Shown: positions 11,761 to 21,337 of the stretch, piece after piece
Position numbering within the stretch: the first letter of the stretch is position 1
How the letters are laid out: every line of letters begins with the position of its first letter
NCBI GenBank assembly: GCA_973895155.1
Contig: OZ316896.1
Location: 2,108,001 to 2,172,000 of the forward strand
Reading direction: 5' to 3'
DNA from: Marsupella aquatica
Taxonomy: Eukaryota; Plantae; Marchantiophyta
Length of the DNA stretch: 64,000 nt
Position numbers and translations under genes: made by a program
The notes under the pieces: model-generated
The model's input: the letters and a program-made list of their open reading frames with translations, nothing else
Databases searched by the model: none
What the model was told of the DNA's origin: nothing

Positions 11761-12414
11761 ATGGAGTTGAGAGTGAGATCCAGCGTAATTGCGCTTGTGT
11801 GGAGTACGTTGCTCGGTCTGATGATGATGATGAGCGTTGTCAAAGGCGATGTGCTGTTTTCGAGCCTGCAACGCTCTTTGGTTGTGACAGCGGAGGTTCA
11901 GAATGTTGGCGATCATCTCGGAGCATCCATGGCGGGCCAGGACCACGTAGCTGTGCAATGGTCTCTCAACTCGTCGTTCGCGGGGCAGGACAAATCGTAT
12001 ATCAAGGTGAACATCAAGCTGTGCTTTGCTCCTCCGAGCCAAGTCGACCGAGGGTGGAGGAAGACCTTGGACAACCTCAAAACGGATAAGACCTGCGCCG
12101 GTGCTGCGATCGCCTCGCAGAAGTACGCTCCGGCTGGAAATAGGACCGTGTGGTTGATCGGCAAGGAAGTCCCTAAAGCGCTCTACTTCGTGCGTGCAGT
12201 GGATACGAACGGGGTGCAGCTTGCTTACGGGCAGACCACGAACAAGGCTAAGAACACTAACATTTTCCCCATCGTCGCCATCTCGGGAAGAAACACGGCT
12301 CTCGACATTGCGTCTTCCGTTTTCTCCGTTTTCGCTGTGGCTGCCCTTTTCTCATACCTGGGTATTGAGACTATCCTTACCAAGAGGAAGGCACGACTTA
12401 GCGGCGCGAAGTGA
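11761..12414 (+). CDS. NAR2: High-affinity nitrate transporter accessory protein NAR2/NRT3, single exon, ~217 aa
   Basis: ATG at 11761 followed by a signal peptide. Motifs VLFSSL, AGQDHVAVQWSLN, KLCFAPPSQVDRGWRKT, DKTC, YFVRA..AYGQT, AISGRNTALDIAS, then a C-terminal TM helix. Confidence 0.95.
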   Translation: MELRVRSSVIALVWSTLLGLMMMMSVVKGDVLFSSLQRSLVVTAEVQNVGDHLGASMAGQDHVAVQWSLNSSFAGQDKSYIKVNIKLCFAPPSQVDRGWRKTLDNLKTDKTCAGAAIASQKYAPAGNRTVWLIGKEVPKALYFVRAVDTNGVQLAYGQTTNKAKNTNIFPIVAISGRNTALDIASSVFSVFAVAALFSYLGIETILTKRKARLSGAK

Positions 12415-14160
12415 TTAGCTGAGCTCCAATCTGAATGCATTCCGTGAGACATTTTCCATGAGAACGAAAAGTGATAGACCTTGAGAGTCGCGTCCGGGCC
12501 ATATATCGGCCTAAACTAGAGCATTCCTGAATTCTCTTGATATTAATGAGCGGCGAGTACCTCTCGTAACACTCGTAGTCCTCGAGCGTCACCTCCTGCT
12601 CTGTACTAGTATAAAGCCTTTGTCTAGGCAGTCAGATTTAGAGGATGTGGCTGAAGGCTCAGGAGCTGTACAGGTCCTTAATTTTAGCATTGGGAGACTG
12701 CGTTAGAACTTCGCGTATGGTGAATTGGTCCGATGCCGAAATGCTTGTTGCGGGTGGTAATCGGATGCAATTCAATGCAATTTGTATCGAATCTACTGGA
12801 AAATGGATATTTGTTTCGATTTAGTTTTTTGGAATCGTTTCTTTGCTCTCGAGCTCAAAGTCTGTCAGCAGTGCGGATAATCGGCAGGTTCTGGTTGCAC
12901 AGCACAGTTTTCGCGGAGCAGTATTGAAATGAAGACTGAATGTTAAGGGCATTTCCAACAGTAATTGGTACAGAAACAGAAACCTTCAGAAAAAGTGATC
13001 CACAATTCTCGGTATTAAGTAACGGCAATCGCGAGGACAGTTTAATTATAGCAGTTGGTACTTCATTGCCAAACTGCCAAAGATAGTCTAATTCACAGCG
13101 CAATTTCCCTTCGGTACTTGGATATCGCATTAGAAAAACATGGATAAATGCTCTAGATATTGTTACTTCGTACCCGACATGCTGATGGTGGGTCCGGAGA
13201 CAACGTCAATATCTACATTAGAAAGAGGGGAAGAGAACGGGGATGAGGAGCCTAAACAGGCACCTCAGATTCAGTCTTTCACGGGCACAAGTCATATCCC
13301 GCAGATGCCCACGCCACTCTTCGAGGACGCGAATCATGCGTGCTTGCGTGCTTGCGTTATGAAGGTCCAAGGATGCGATAATCAAATGGCTTTCCATGAA
13401 CATATATTAGGCCTGATTCCACTCATTTTCATTTATTAGGTGGCAACCAACCATTGTTCGATTGACTCGGTCTAAAAATCCTGTAGAAAACGCCTACGAC
13501 ATCTCGTAGGGATGCGTTCTGCTTTCATGTACTGTCTTTTGCCGACCAGGTTCACGAGGAAGTAACTAGATGGACAGCAATATTGGTTCACGAGGAAGGA
13601 ACTAGATGGACAGCAATTTCAGCAAGTGTATTCAGAGTGTTGGAAGAACAAATTAGTAGGTAGTTGTCAGGATCACGTTTAAATTTCCTGACTGTTCTGT
13701 CTATTGAACAGTTCTTGCCTAGTTTAAATTTTCACCCATAGTCTCCTTCACTAATGAACATCTCGGTCTTCGCTCATCAAAAGTGCTCCTGCTGGGGGAC
13801 CTTCTGAAGGGTTGTGTCTATAGTTTCACGTCCGTTCTAGTCTTTGAACGTTGCTGGGCCACAGGACCGACATTCCTCAATAACCCGGTGACCTTTTCTA
13901 GAAAGTAGAATACCAGGAGGGGATTCTGCCATGAGGTCGTTGATCCATAATACTCCATAGAGTAACAGAGTGCGGTAAACTCGAAAGTTGAGAACTATCC
14001 TCTTGGCGGAAGCAGGCTTTGAAGGCAGCGTCACTTCCGTTTTCTGCTTTTGCAATTAATAGTTTTAGGGTTCGCTGCTCAAACCATTACTTGCCCAAAC
14101 AGAAAAATGAAAGATGCAGCCATCCAGATTCTAAACAAAGTCTCGACTTTATTGAATTTT

Positions 14161-14551
14161 TTATTTCTCCTCCTGCTGCTCCAAAATGCCCTCGATTACG
14201 AGGGCTTGGATCACTTCAGCTGTCCACTCCTGGCAACGACGGAGAGGCTTAGATTTAGAAATTTGCCTGAAACCATCAAATTGCTTTTGTGGAGCCGGGA
14301 TGTTTTCGCATATCTGTTCAATACGAAAATAGTTGGCAGCTGAAACAGTTCCAATGAGTACCTTATGCTTATAAGATACATCAAGCTGTGGATCGGGTGT
14401 AAACTTACACTCATGTCATACCATTTAGGACACTACCAACAACATGAAATAGGTTACATCTATTATCATGACTTTCAGTTTTCACGAAAAGTGCATGGTG
14501 GTCTCTGGTGCTAAGTCCAGACGAAACCACTTTATATACTTCGTAAGACAT
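14161..14551 (-). pseudogene. Frameshifted paralogue of the DUF6540-like gene at 32250-32708
   Basis: ATG 14551: MSYEVYKVVSSGLSTRDHHALFVKTESHDNRCNLFHVVGSVLNGMT. A 2-nt deletion near 14414 (ATGACATGAG vs ATGACTTATGAG) shifts frame, then ECKFTPDPQLDVSYKHKVLIGTVSAANYFRIEQICENIPAPQKQFDGFRQISKSKPLRRCQEWTAEVIQALVIEGILEQQEEK*. Confidence 0.9.
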
Positions 14552-14982
14552 CATCTTCTGCTTATTTCACCTCAACTATTGCTCTATGAATTCGTTCCTC
14601 GACAACAATCAGAGACTGTACTAGACTCCTCTCGATCGAGACTCGAGCTGCAATCGAGGCAGAAAAGTAGGGCAGGGAAAATTTCTCACTAGACCCAAAA
14701 CTTGCCTGCCAACAAGATTGTGCCAACAGCACGAAGCAATTAAAACGGGAGCTTGACATTAGTGCGACCCAGTATTTCTGAAAGAGTAATACACTAAGAT
14801 CTCAACCACTGTACAAGATACTCCCTAGAGATGAAGGGTAAGATTGGCGAAAATCATCAATCAAAAAAAGGAAAGGCTCTTCCATTAAGACTCAAGCTTT
14901 TCGTTCAGGGCTTGGGGTTTGACAAAGAGACAGCTACCAAATACAAGGCGGTATCCGGAGCGCTTTGAGTGTGAACGTTGAA

Positions 14983-15061
14983 TCAGAAATGATAACTAGT
15001 CAATCCTCATGAGAAGCCGAAGCTCCTACATAGGACTGGGGCGACAATAACAACTCATCAC
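14983..15061 (-). ncRNA. Box C/D snoRNA (2'-O-methylation guide, likely targeting 25S rRNA)
   Basis: Minus strand: GTGATGA (box C) GTTGTTATTGTCGCCCCAGT CCTA (D'-like) ... AGGAGC-TTCG-GCTTCT hairpin, ATGAGGA (C') TTGACTAGTTATCATTT CTGA (box D). Flanking stem GTGAACG/CGTTCAC (15070-15076 with 14971-14977). Guide TGTCGCCCCAGT is complementary, with G:U pairs, to the conserved LSU rRNA GCUGGGGCGGCA. Confidence 0.8.
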
Positions 15062-15297
15062 TTTCACTTCGTTCACCTCAAGCATATTTCCAGTGGACAC
15101 TACTACGACCACAAAATACCGTCGATAAACGGGAAATGGGGACAACTCACGAGACCTTGTTACAGGGTCAAAGCGAGTCATGGCGAAGTGCGGGAAAACA
15201 CACTACATCCGCCATTAACCGAAAGAGGGAAGGACAAGTCAAACCTGGCACTTCTCTTGCCGCCGTGAACAAGGAGACGCAAAGTCGCAACATTACA

Positions 15298-15672
15298 CGG
15301 CTTCCGGGAAGGGGATGGGTGTCCAAATCCTCAGCTAAGCACTACGGTTCGCCACAACGACATGAAGGGTCTAGTACGCAAACGGAAACAAGGACCATTA
15401 TGAGATTAACAGTCGCCTATCTCATCGAAATCGACAGCCTTGACGGGCAACTCCTCTGTTGCATAGCTTCGGGGAAGGAGATGGGGATTCCGAAAACCGA
15501 AAAGCAGGCCACAACGACATGGGTGGTCGAATGAGCAGTCGGTAAGAAGGATCATCGACAATCAACAACCTGAACAGGTGACACTACTGCCTAGCTTCCG
15601 GAGATGGGATGGAGATACAGAAATCCTCAGCCAAGCACTATACTTCGCCATAAAACGACGAAGTGAAGGTCG
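15298..15672. repeat. Three degenerate direct repeats in the putative snoRNA host transcript
   Basis: GCTTC.GG.A.GG.GATGG...AAATCCTCAGC.AAGCACTA...TTCGCCA.AACGAC at ~15300-15370 and ~15594-15672, partial at ~15466-15525. Confidence 0.65.
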
Positions 15673-15875
15673 AACGAACAATCGGAATCACTTGTTTCGA
15701 GAACAACCTTGAGAGGTCTTGTAGCGGCAAACTAACTAAGGAGAAACCAGAGTACAAAACAGAATGAACGTAGAGATGCTGCGAACAGCTTTATGGAGCT
15801 TGCATGTGGAAGATTTTCATCTGAGGATGAAGAAGCTCACGGCGGAAATATGATTTACAGAGCCGAATCGATTCT

Positions 15876-15890
15876 AAACCTAACCCTAAC
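15876..15890. promoter_or_regulatory. Telo-box-like element upstream of the putative snoRNA host transcript
   Basis: AAACCTAACCCTAAC lies ~40 nt upstream of a minus-strand GTGAG donor at 15840. Telo-boxes are typical of plant ribosome-biogenesis and snoRNA promoters. Confidence 0.45.
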
Positions 15891-16809
15891 TTTCTTTTGA
15901 TGGCGGGTAGACTAGGGTCGGGTTCCATCAACTAGAACGCTCAACCCACCCTTACCCTTACCCCCCCCCCTCACATAACAAAACAAAATGCTCTAACTCT
16001 TTACTATGGCCTGTGTCCAGTAACTAGAGGTGAGTACAATCAGCCCATCTCACATGTGAGGGTCCTCAGAAATGTGGCCCTCAGCTGCAGCAAAATCTTA
16101 GGCAAAACTGAGATCTGAATTCTTATCAAGTGCAGCGTTGGGCAGCGTGAATGGCAGCGTGTGTCCCTCTTGCACTTGAACTACCAACTATGTACAAATA
16201 AGCAGGTCTGAGTTTGTTTTATTCAAAAGTTGAAGGTTGGAACCTGAAAGGGCCGGAAACATTCCAGCCCTTGTCCTTGAGACACCGAAATCTCTGCCGC
16301 TAGGCCTGGCACATGAAGGGGTGTTGCCAGAAAAGTCTCGGTCATAGATAGACTCACACTACTCCAGTTGAGGGCCATATTGTGAAGGACCTTGCACATG
16401 CAATTTGGGCCTCAAGCTCTATGTGTCATTTTTAGAGAAGCACTTTACCCTCAATCCCATATTTCACTCAGCCCCCAAACTTCAGTCACATTCACCACTC
16501 TTGCGAGAAAGTAAAGAAGTTAAAAAAATACGCCACCGGTTGGCACCTAGAGCTGTTCGTCTAGCAGTCCTCTATACTCTTGCATACCCCACCCACTCTT
16601 GCACTTCCAAAAAGTGCAAAAACAATTGCACTGGTAAGGAAGAGATGGGAAGAACCTTATGCTTTGCAATTAGCCAGTGTGTTTAAGGTTTCTTATGATT
16701 CACAGCTGGGTGTAAGGCACTCTGGCTGTCACAGTTGAGATTTACCATGTTCAGTTTGAATCTCATCTCAGTGACCAATTGGCCCAACCAAATTGTTTCG
16801 TTTGTAGCT

Positions 16810-17050
16810 TCTGCCACCGCCAGTATTTAGCTTCTATCGTCGACTCAACTACGCATTTCTGCAATGTCGATCTTCAACTTATGTATCCACCTCCCAATGT
16901 AAACACATAACCTGTTGTAGATCTCCTTCCATTCCGATCTTGGCCATAGTCAACATCCAAAAATCCATTCATTGATATGACATTGTAAGAATTTGCATCA
17001 AACAAGATACCAAAATCCATTGTGCCATTAAAATATCTGAGAATCCACTT
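16810..17050 (-). mobile_element. Ty1/copia reverse transcriptase-RNase H remnant
   Basis: Translates KWILRYFNGTMDFGILF...GFLDVDYGQDRNGRRSTTGYVFTLGGGYIS*RSTLQKCVVESTIEAKY, a copia RNase H signature with an internal stop. Confidence 0.9.
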
Positions 17051-17229
17051 CACTCAGAAGCCCACAAATTCAATCAATGATTTGGTACTGTAAGAATTTG
17101 CATCAAACAAGAATATACTTCACTTAGAAGCCCACAAATCTGATCAATGATTTGGCATTGTACAAATTTGCATCAAACAAAACCCTTAGGCCGATTGGTC
17201 TGGTGTTGCCCCCCCCCCCCCCCCCCCCC

Positions 17230-17400
17230 CTTTTTTCCCCTCTCTTGACTCGCTCCTTCTTCTAGCGGTCTTTGGTCTGCTCCTTTCGGCCTCCTTCCCC
17301 TAGGCTGGGTGCTGGCGCTTTTTGTGGTTTTGTCTTGTGCTTTTCCTGGTGCTCTCCATGAATAAAGCTGTATGGTGTTTTGTTTAAAAAAATTAAAAAT
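17230..17400 (+). mobile_element. Probable LINE 3' tail remnant
   Basis: Pyrimidine/GT-rich stretch ending ATGAATAAAG...AAAAAAATTAAAAA, inserted after a poly-C run. Confidence 0.3.
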
Positions 17401-17808
17401 TAATTGCATAAAACAAAAGACCAAAATCTATTGTGCAGTTAAAATACTTGAGAATTCCCTTCACTGGGAAGCCTAACACATTTCCTTTCGTTGTAAGTCA
17501 CTTGAAGAGAAGGGACGAACCTTGTGCCTTGCAATTAGCCAGTGTGTGCACTTATGAAGTGTCCATGAACTGTAGACCCCGCCCACTTGAAGGAGCGCTG
17601 ATTATTAACATGGTAGCGTTGGGACAGCGCCACAATTCCCGAGCGCAGATTGTCGAGAGCACTCAGTCACTCACATGCTTCAATGCCGTCACTGCAAAAA
17701 GCAATTCGATTTGGAAAAGCTCATCAAAGCGCTGGGCGTCGAACAGTCAAGAATTGGTGAGGATTTATATGTTTGCACTGCTGGTTAAGGATTATCGTCC
17801 CGAACAGA

Positions 17809-18567
17809 ATGTACGATATTGATTTTATCGCTGCTCATGCTGCGTCCAGCAGCTCTCCCAATCAGTTCATTTATTATGGATGCCCTGAAGTTGAGGGAAT
17901 TCCCTCCCTAAAGGGAACAATAAAATCATCGAACTTCAGGACCTGGTGGAGGTACTGCTCTAAACGTCTCGAGTCGTTCAGTTTGTTGAAGTATGTCCGA
18001 GGTGACGAGACTTGCCGACCACGTCGAAATGAAGGTGAGAGCAAGGAGGCTTTTGAACAGCGTCGTCGGCAACATTTGGAAGAAGCTGAACGGGCCCGCC
18101 AGATCATCCTGTTTACCTTGCCCCCCCAGACTCGATTCCTTTGGTCTCAAACCGGACCAGCATCAGAGCTTTGGGAATATTTGAGGGATAGATACGGCGG
18201 GCTGGAGGAGCCGGATCATGCATTAGAAATCTGGAACAATTTTGCTCACTTTCAATTCGAACATGGGCAATGCCGAGATGAGATCGAGGAATTCTGCCAA
18301 AGATATCAAGGTGCGGTCGAGCTGTGCCAAGAGGTCGACATCGCCATCGACCCGAAGATCCAGACCTTTCACTTCATGGAGAAACTGGAGGAACATTTTC
18401 CAGAGTGGTATAGTCAAAAGAAACATCTCATACTCAAATACACGCGAACCATCTCAGAAGAAAGCCAGATTCCAGAACCTGAAGATCTTATGAAAGTGGT
18501 TGTGATTCTGGTAACCCAGTCGATCTTTGTGCTGAGTGACGATGTCACTAGACGACCAAAACCGTGA
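17809..18567 (+). CDS. Ty1/copia gag (capsid)-like protein, stand-alone ORF, ~252 aa
   Basis: IPSLKG..NFRTW, LLKYVRG, ARQIILFTLP, ASELWEYLRDRYG match the Retrotran_gag_2/UBN2 pattern. The ORF is uninterrupted, with no zinc knuckle or pol downstream. Confidence 0.7.
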   Translation: MYDIDFIAAHAASSSSPNQFIYYGCPEVEGIPSLKGTIKSSNFRTWWRYCSKRLESFSLLKYVRGDETCRPRRNEGESKEAFEQRRRQHLEEAERARQIILFTLPPQTRFLWSQTGPASELWEYLRDRYGGLEEPDHALEIWNNFAHFQFEHGQCRDEIEEFCQRYQGAVELCQEVDIAIDPKIQTFHFMEKLEEHFPEWYSQKKHLILKYTRTISEESQIPEPEDLMKVVVILVTQSIFVLSDDVTRRPKP

Positions 18568-18632
18568 CATTCAGTAGGCCATGTTTACTGCCACTTACTA
18601 AGTTTCGCGTACTTGTCGTCTGTTGTCAGCTT

Positions 18633-19520
18633 TTAGTGAGCTCGTGTACTTAGTTTCGTGAAAGAATTTCTCTCATCTCTGTGTTCTTCCACCAGCAATT
18701 CCAACAATTTTCCTGTTGCTGTAGAAACAATACTTTGCAGTACCACGGAATGAGACGCCAATTCTATGCAATTCTGTTGACAAAAAGACTCCTGAATTTG
18801 CTCCAAAATTGCCGGTTGTTGTACAAACATAGCAGTACCGCTAAATGAGACGTCAGTTTTACACAACTCAGTCAACAGAATCACTCTTGAATTTGCTCCG
18901 AGGAAGAGGACCATTCTTGCTTCTTCCATGAATGTAATACTTCGTATCTCTCAGCACGGTACTACAGCTTGAAAAGAAGACAATGAATTGCGCTTCACGG
19001 CCATGGATCACTCTGTGTATTGAATCGATGTATTCCTCACATACGTACTTATGCTTCCAGTTTAGTCAAGATCTTTAACGCCGTCTCCAACAATGAAATT
19101 ATGCTGAATGAGACGACTCAAAATGAATCGGCATTGCTGCTTTGCAGCCATCTGAAGTTTATGTGGTTTATGAATTTTATTGCAGCTAATTAGCAGCAAA
19201 GAAAGCTCCTCTCTTAAGCTCTGCGCATTTTCGATATTCTGCACATCGATCTGCACGAACTGTAAGATCAATCTGCAGAAGGTGAAAATTGGGGATCCAA
19301 GTTCAGTCCCATGTTCAGTTTCCATAAGCTACGGCAGTTTCCTTTCAAGAATCCACTCCTCTTATGCTCTCCGTGTTTTTGCATTGCATACTCGATGTTT
19401 CTAGCAAGAAACTTGAATGTATACTCTTTCCAGTTCCCAGGATCTGCAACAGCGCTTCCTTTAAATAATTCCACTCTGGCTTCCGGAAATGGTTCAATTC
19501 TTCTCTCCGATTCTCCATAA
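18633..19520 (-). pseudogene. Disrupted coding-like region of unknown family
   Basis: Three consecutive minus-strand ORFs (19268-19474, 19062-19325, 18633-18929) with protein-like composition in shifting frames. Confidence 0.25.
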
Positions 19521-20184
19521 TTCCTCAGAAGAACTCCGCGTTCGCGACCCGATTCCTCTTTTCGAGCTCCGGATCGTCCTATTTTGTTCCCTGAATCTTC
19601 TCAACTATATCATCAGTAGTACTCTGCCTTGGTGTATTAATCTTTAGACCTGACACTAAGCACCACTGCGCTCTGTCGCATTGGGCCGTCCTGGAACACT
19701 TCTCACCTTTCACTTGTCTTTGTTTTTTGAGCCATCGCTTTTTGGAACGCACCGTAGACGTCTAGACCGAACGAACGAACGAACGGGCTATTCTGTCTCC
19801 TCGAAATGAAATTGTGTTGGAACATTGGAAATCAGGGGTTCTACATCCAGAGGTTCTGGGCAAGCCAATAGGAAATTCAAAATTGAGGCAATGTACAGTG
19901 ATCACTGGTTTCTGTGTCAAATTCGCCTGACCAATAATTGATTTCTGAATGCCTTCAGCCACCATAGCTCTCTCTTTCTCCGTGTTGTTTTGATTATGCT
20001 TTTTGCAGTGGGCAACTGCGCGCACACCATGCAGCATGTTGGAAATGAATGACACTGGACCCATGAAGGTGCAAGCGTATAGGACATGTGTCTCAGTGGT
20101 AAAGGATTACTAGGGCAAGTCAAAGAAGAGTTACGACATAAAACTCTCTTATGGTCACTTAGGACAAAATCACTATGGGTTACC

Positions 20185-20600
20185 AAAATTTGTACCCCAT
20201 AAGGGTGATACATCCACCAAATAAACTGTAACACTTTGGTCGGGAGAACCGCCGGAGAATTTTGACAGGCCTAGTATGTACACAGGATGTCCAATGTTAA
20301 ATTCCTGGTCCATAACACTTTGGTCGGGAGAACGGCCGGAGAACTTTGACAGACCCTAGTATGTACACAGGATGTCCAATGTTAAATTCCTGGTCGGTCC
20401 ATGTTATTGAAAGTCTACCAAAAATTTTACCCCATAAGGATGATACTTCCAACAAATAAAACCATAACACTTTGGTTATGGGAGAACTTTGACATGCCCT
20501 ATTATGTACACAGGATGTCCAAGGTTAAATTCCTGGTAGGTCCATGTTATTGAAAGTCAATTTTGACAAGCCTTATTATGTACTCAAGACGTCCAAGGTT
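20185..20600. repeat. Tandem repeat array, ~83-bp core unit, 3-4 degenerate copies
   Basis: TAACACTTTGGTCGGGAGAAC...TTTGACA..CCTAGTATGTACACAGGATGTCCAATGTTAAATTCCTGGT starting at ~20229, ~20313, ~20465, with a partial copy at ~20560. Confidence 0.9.
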
Positions 20601-20652
20601 ATTTTCCTGTTTGATGAAAGTCCCAACACAACCTCGACAGAGTGTACAGGAA

Positions 20653-20831
20653 TAGAGTGTTCCAGAGGAATGGACAACTACTACTGTACAAATGTGTTGT
20701 TGTTTGCTCAATCATTGTGAAAATCCCCAACACAACCAGTGTACAAGAACAGAGTATTCCAGAGGAATGGACAATAACCACTGTACAGCTTGGTGCGGAT
20801 GTGTTGTTCGCTCAATCATTGTGAAAATCCC
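20653..20831. repeat. ~97-bp tandem duplication
   Basis: AGAGT.TTCCAGAGGAATGGACAA...GCTCAATCATTGTGAAAATCCC twice. Confidence 0.85.
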
Positions 20832-21139
20832 ACGCTTGCATCAAATATTGAAATTGTTGTAACCAGGATTTCCTTATGCATTTTGGGCATGGCCAGGTGG
20901 CATTAATGGCGAGCCTAGAAGCCTCCATGTGGCAAAAAGTTTGGAGGAGACCTTTAGATCTATGAATGTTCAGATCTGGACACTGGATTTTGCCAAATAA
21001 TCACTAAAATTGTTTATGAAGGCAATTGCAACCCACTTCATGTGATAGCAAATGTGCAAAAGTTCACATACAAAGGAAACAGTGGTTGTAACTTACAACA
21101 TGTCAGGTTTGGATTGAGGTTCTCATTCATTGCCCAATT

Positions 21140-21337
21140 TCTCTAGAAGAGCAATGGGTCTTTTAAATCCAATTTTGGATACTTATAAGAAAAGATAGTA
21201 TCATTTTAATAAAGGTTTAGAGAACTCCTGTAATATTCCAAAATAATATGGGTAATAAATTCAAAGAATTGTTTTCTTAAGTTTCAGGGTGTCTGAAAAC
21301 ATTCCACGTGATGGGGGCCCTCCATATAGTGAGACCC
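21140..21337 (-). repeat. Dispersed repeat family A, copy 3 (inverted)
   Basis: Reverse complement matches TTCTTATAA...CAAAATTGGATT and the GGGTCTCACT...CC.ATCACG start of family A. Confidence 0.5.

Noticed and set aside
15136-15534. 132-aa + strand ORF
   Set aside because: No protein motif. It overlaps repeats antisense to the putative snoRNA host transcript.
16220-16315. Minus-strand A-box/B-box-like pair (GGCCTAGCGGCAGAG...GGTTCCAACC), possible SINE or tRNA relic
   Set aside because: Boxes are degenerate, there is no acceptor stem and no second copy in the window.
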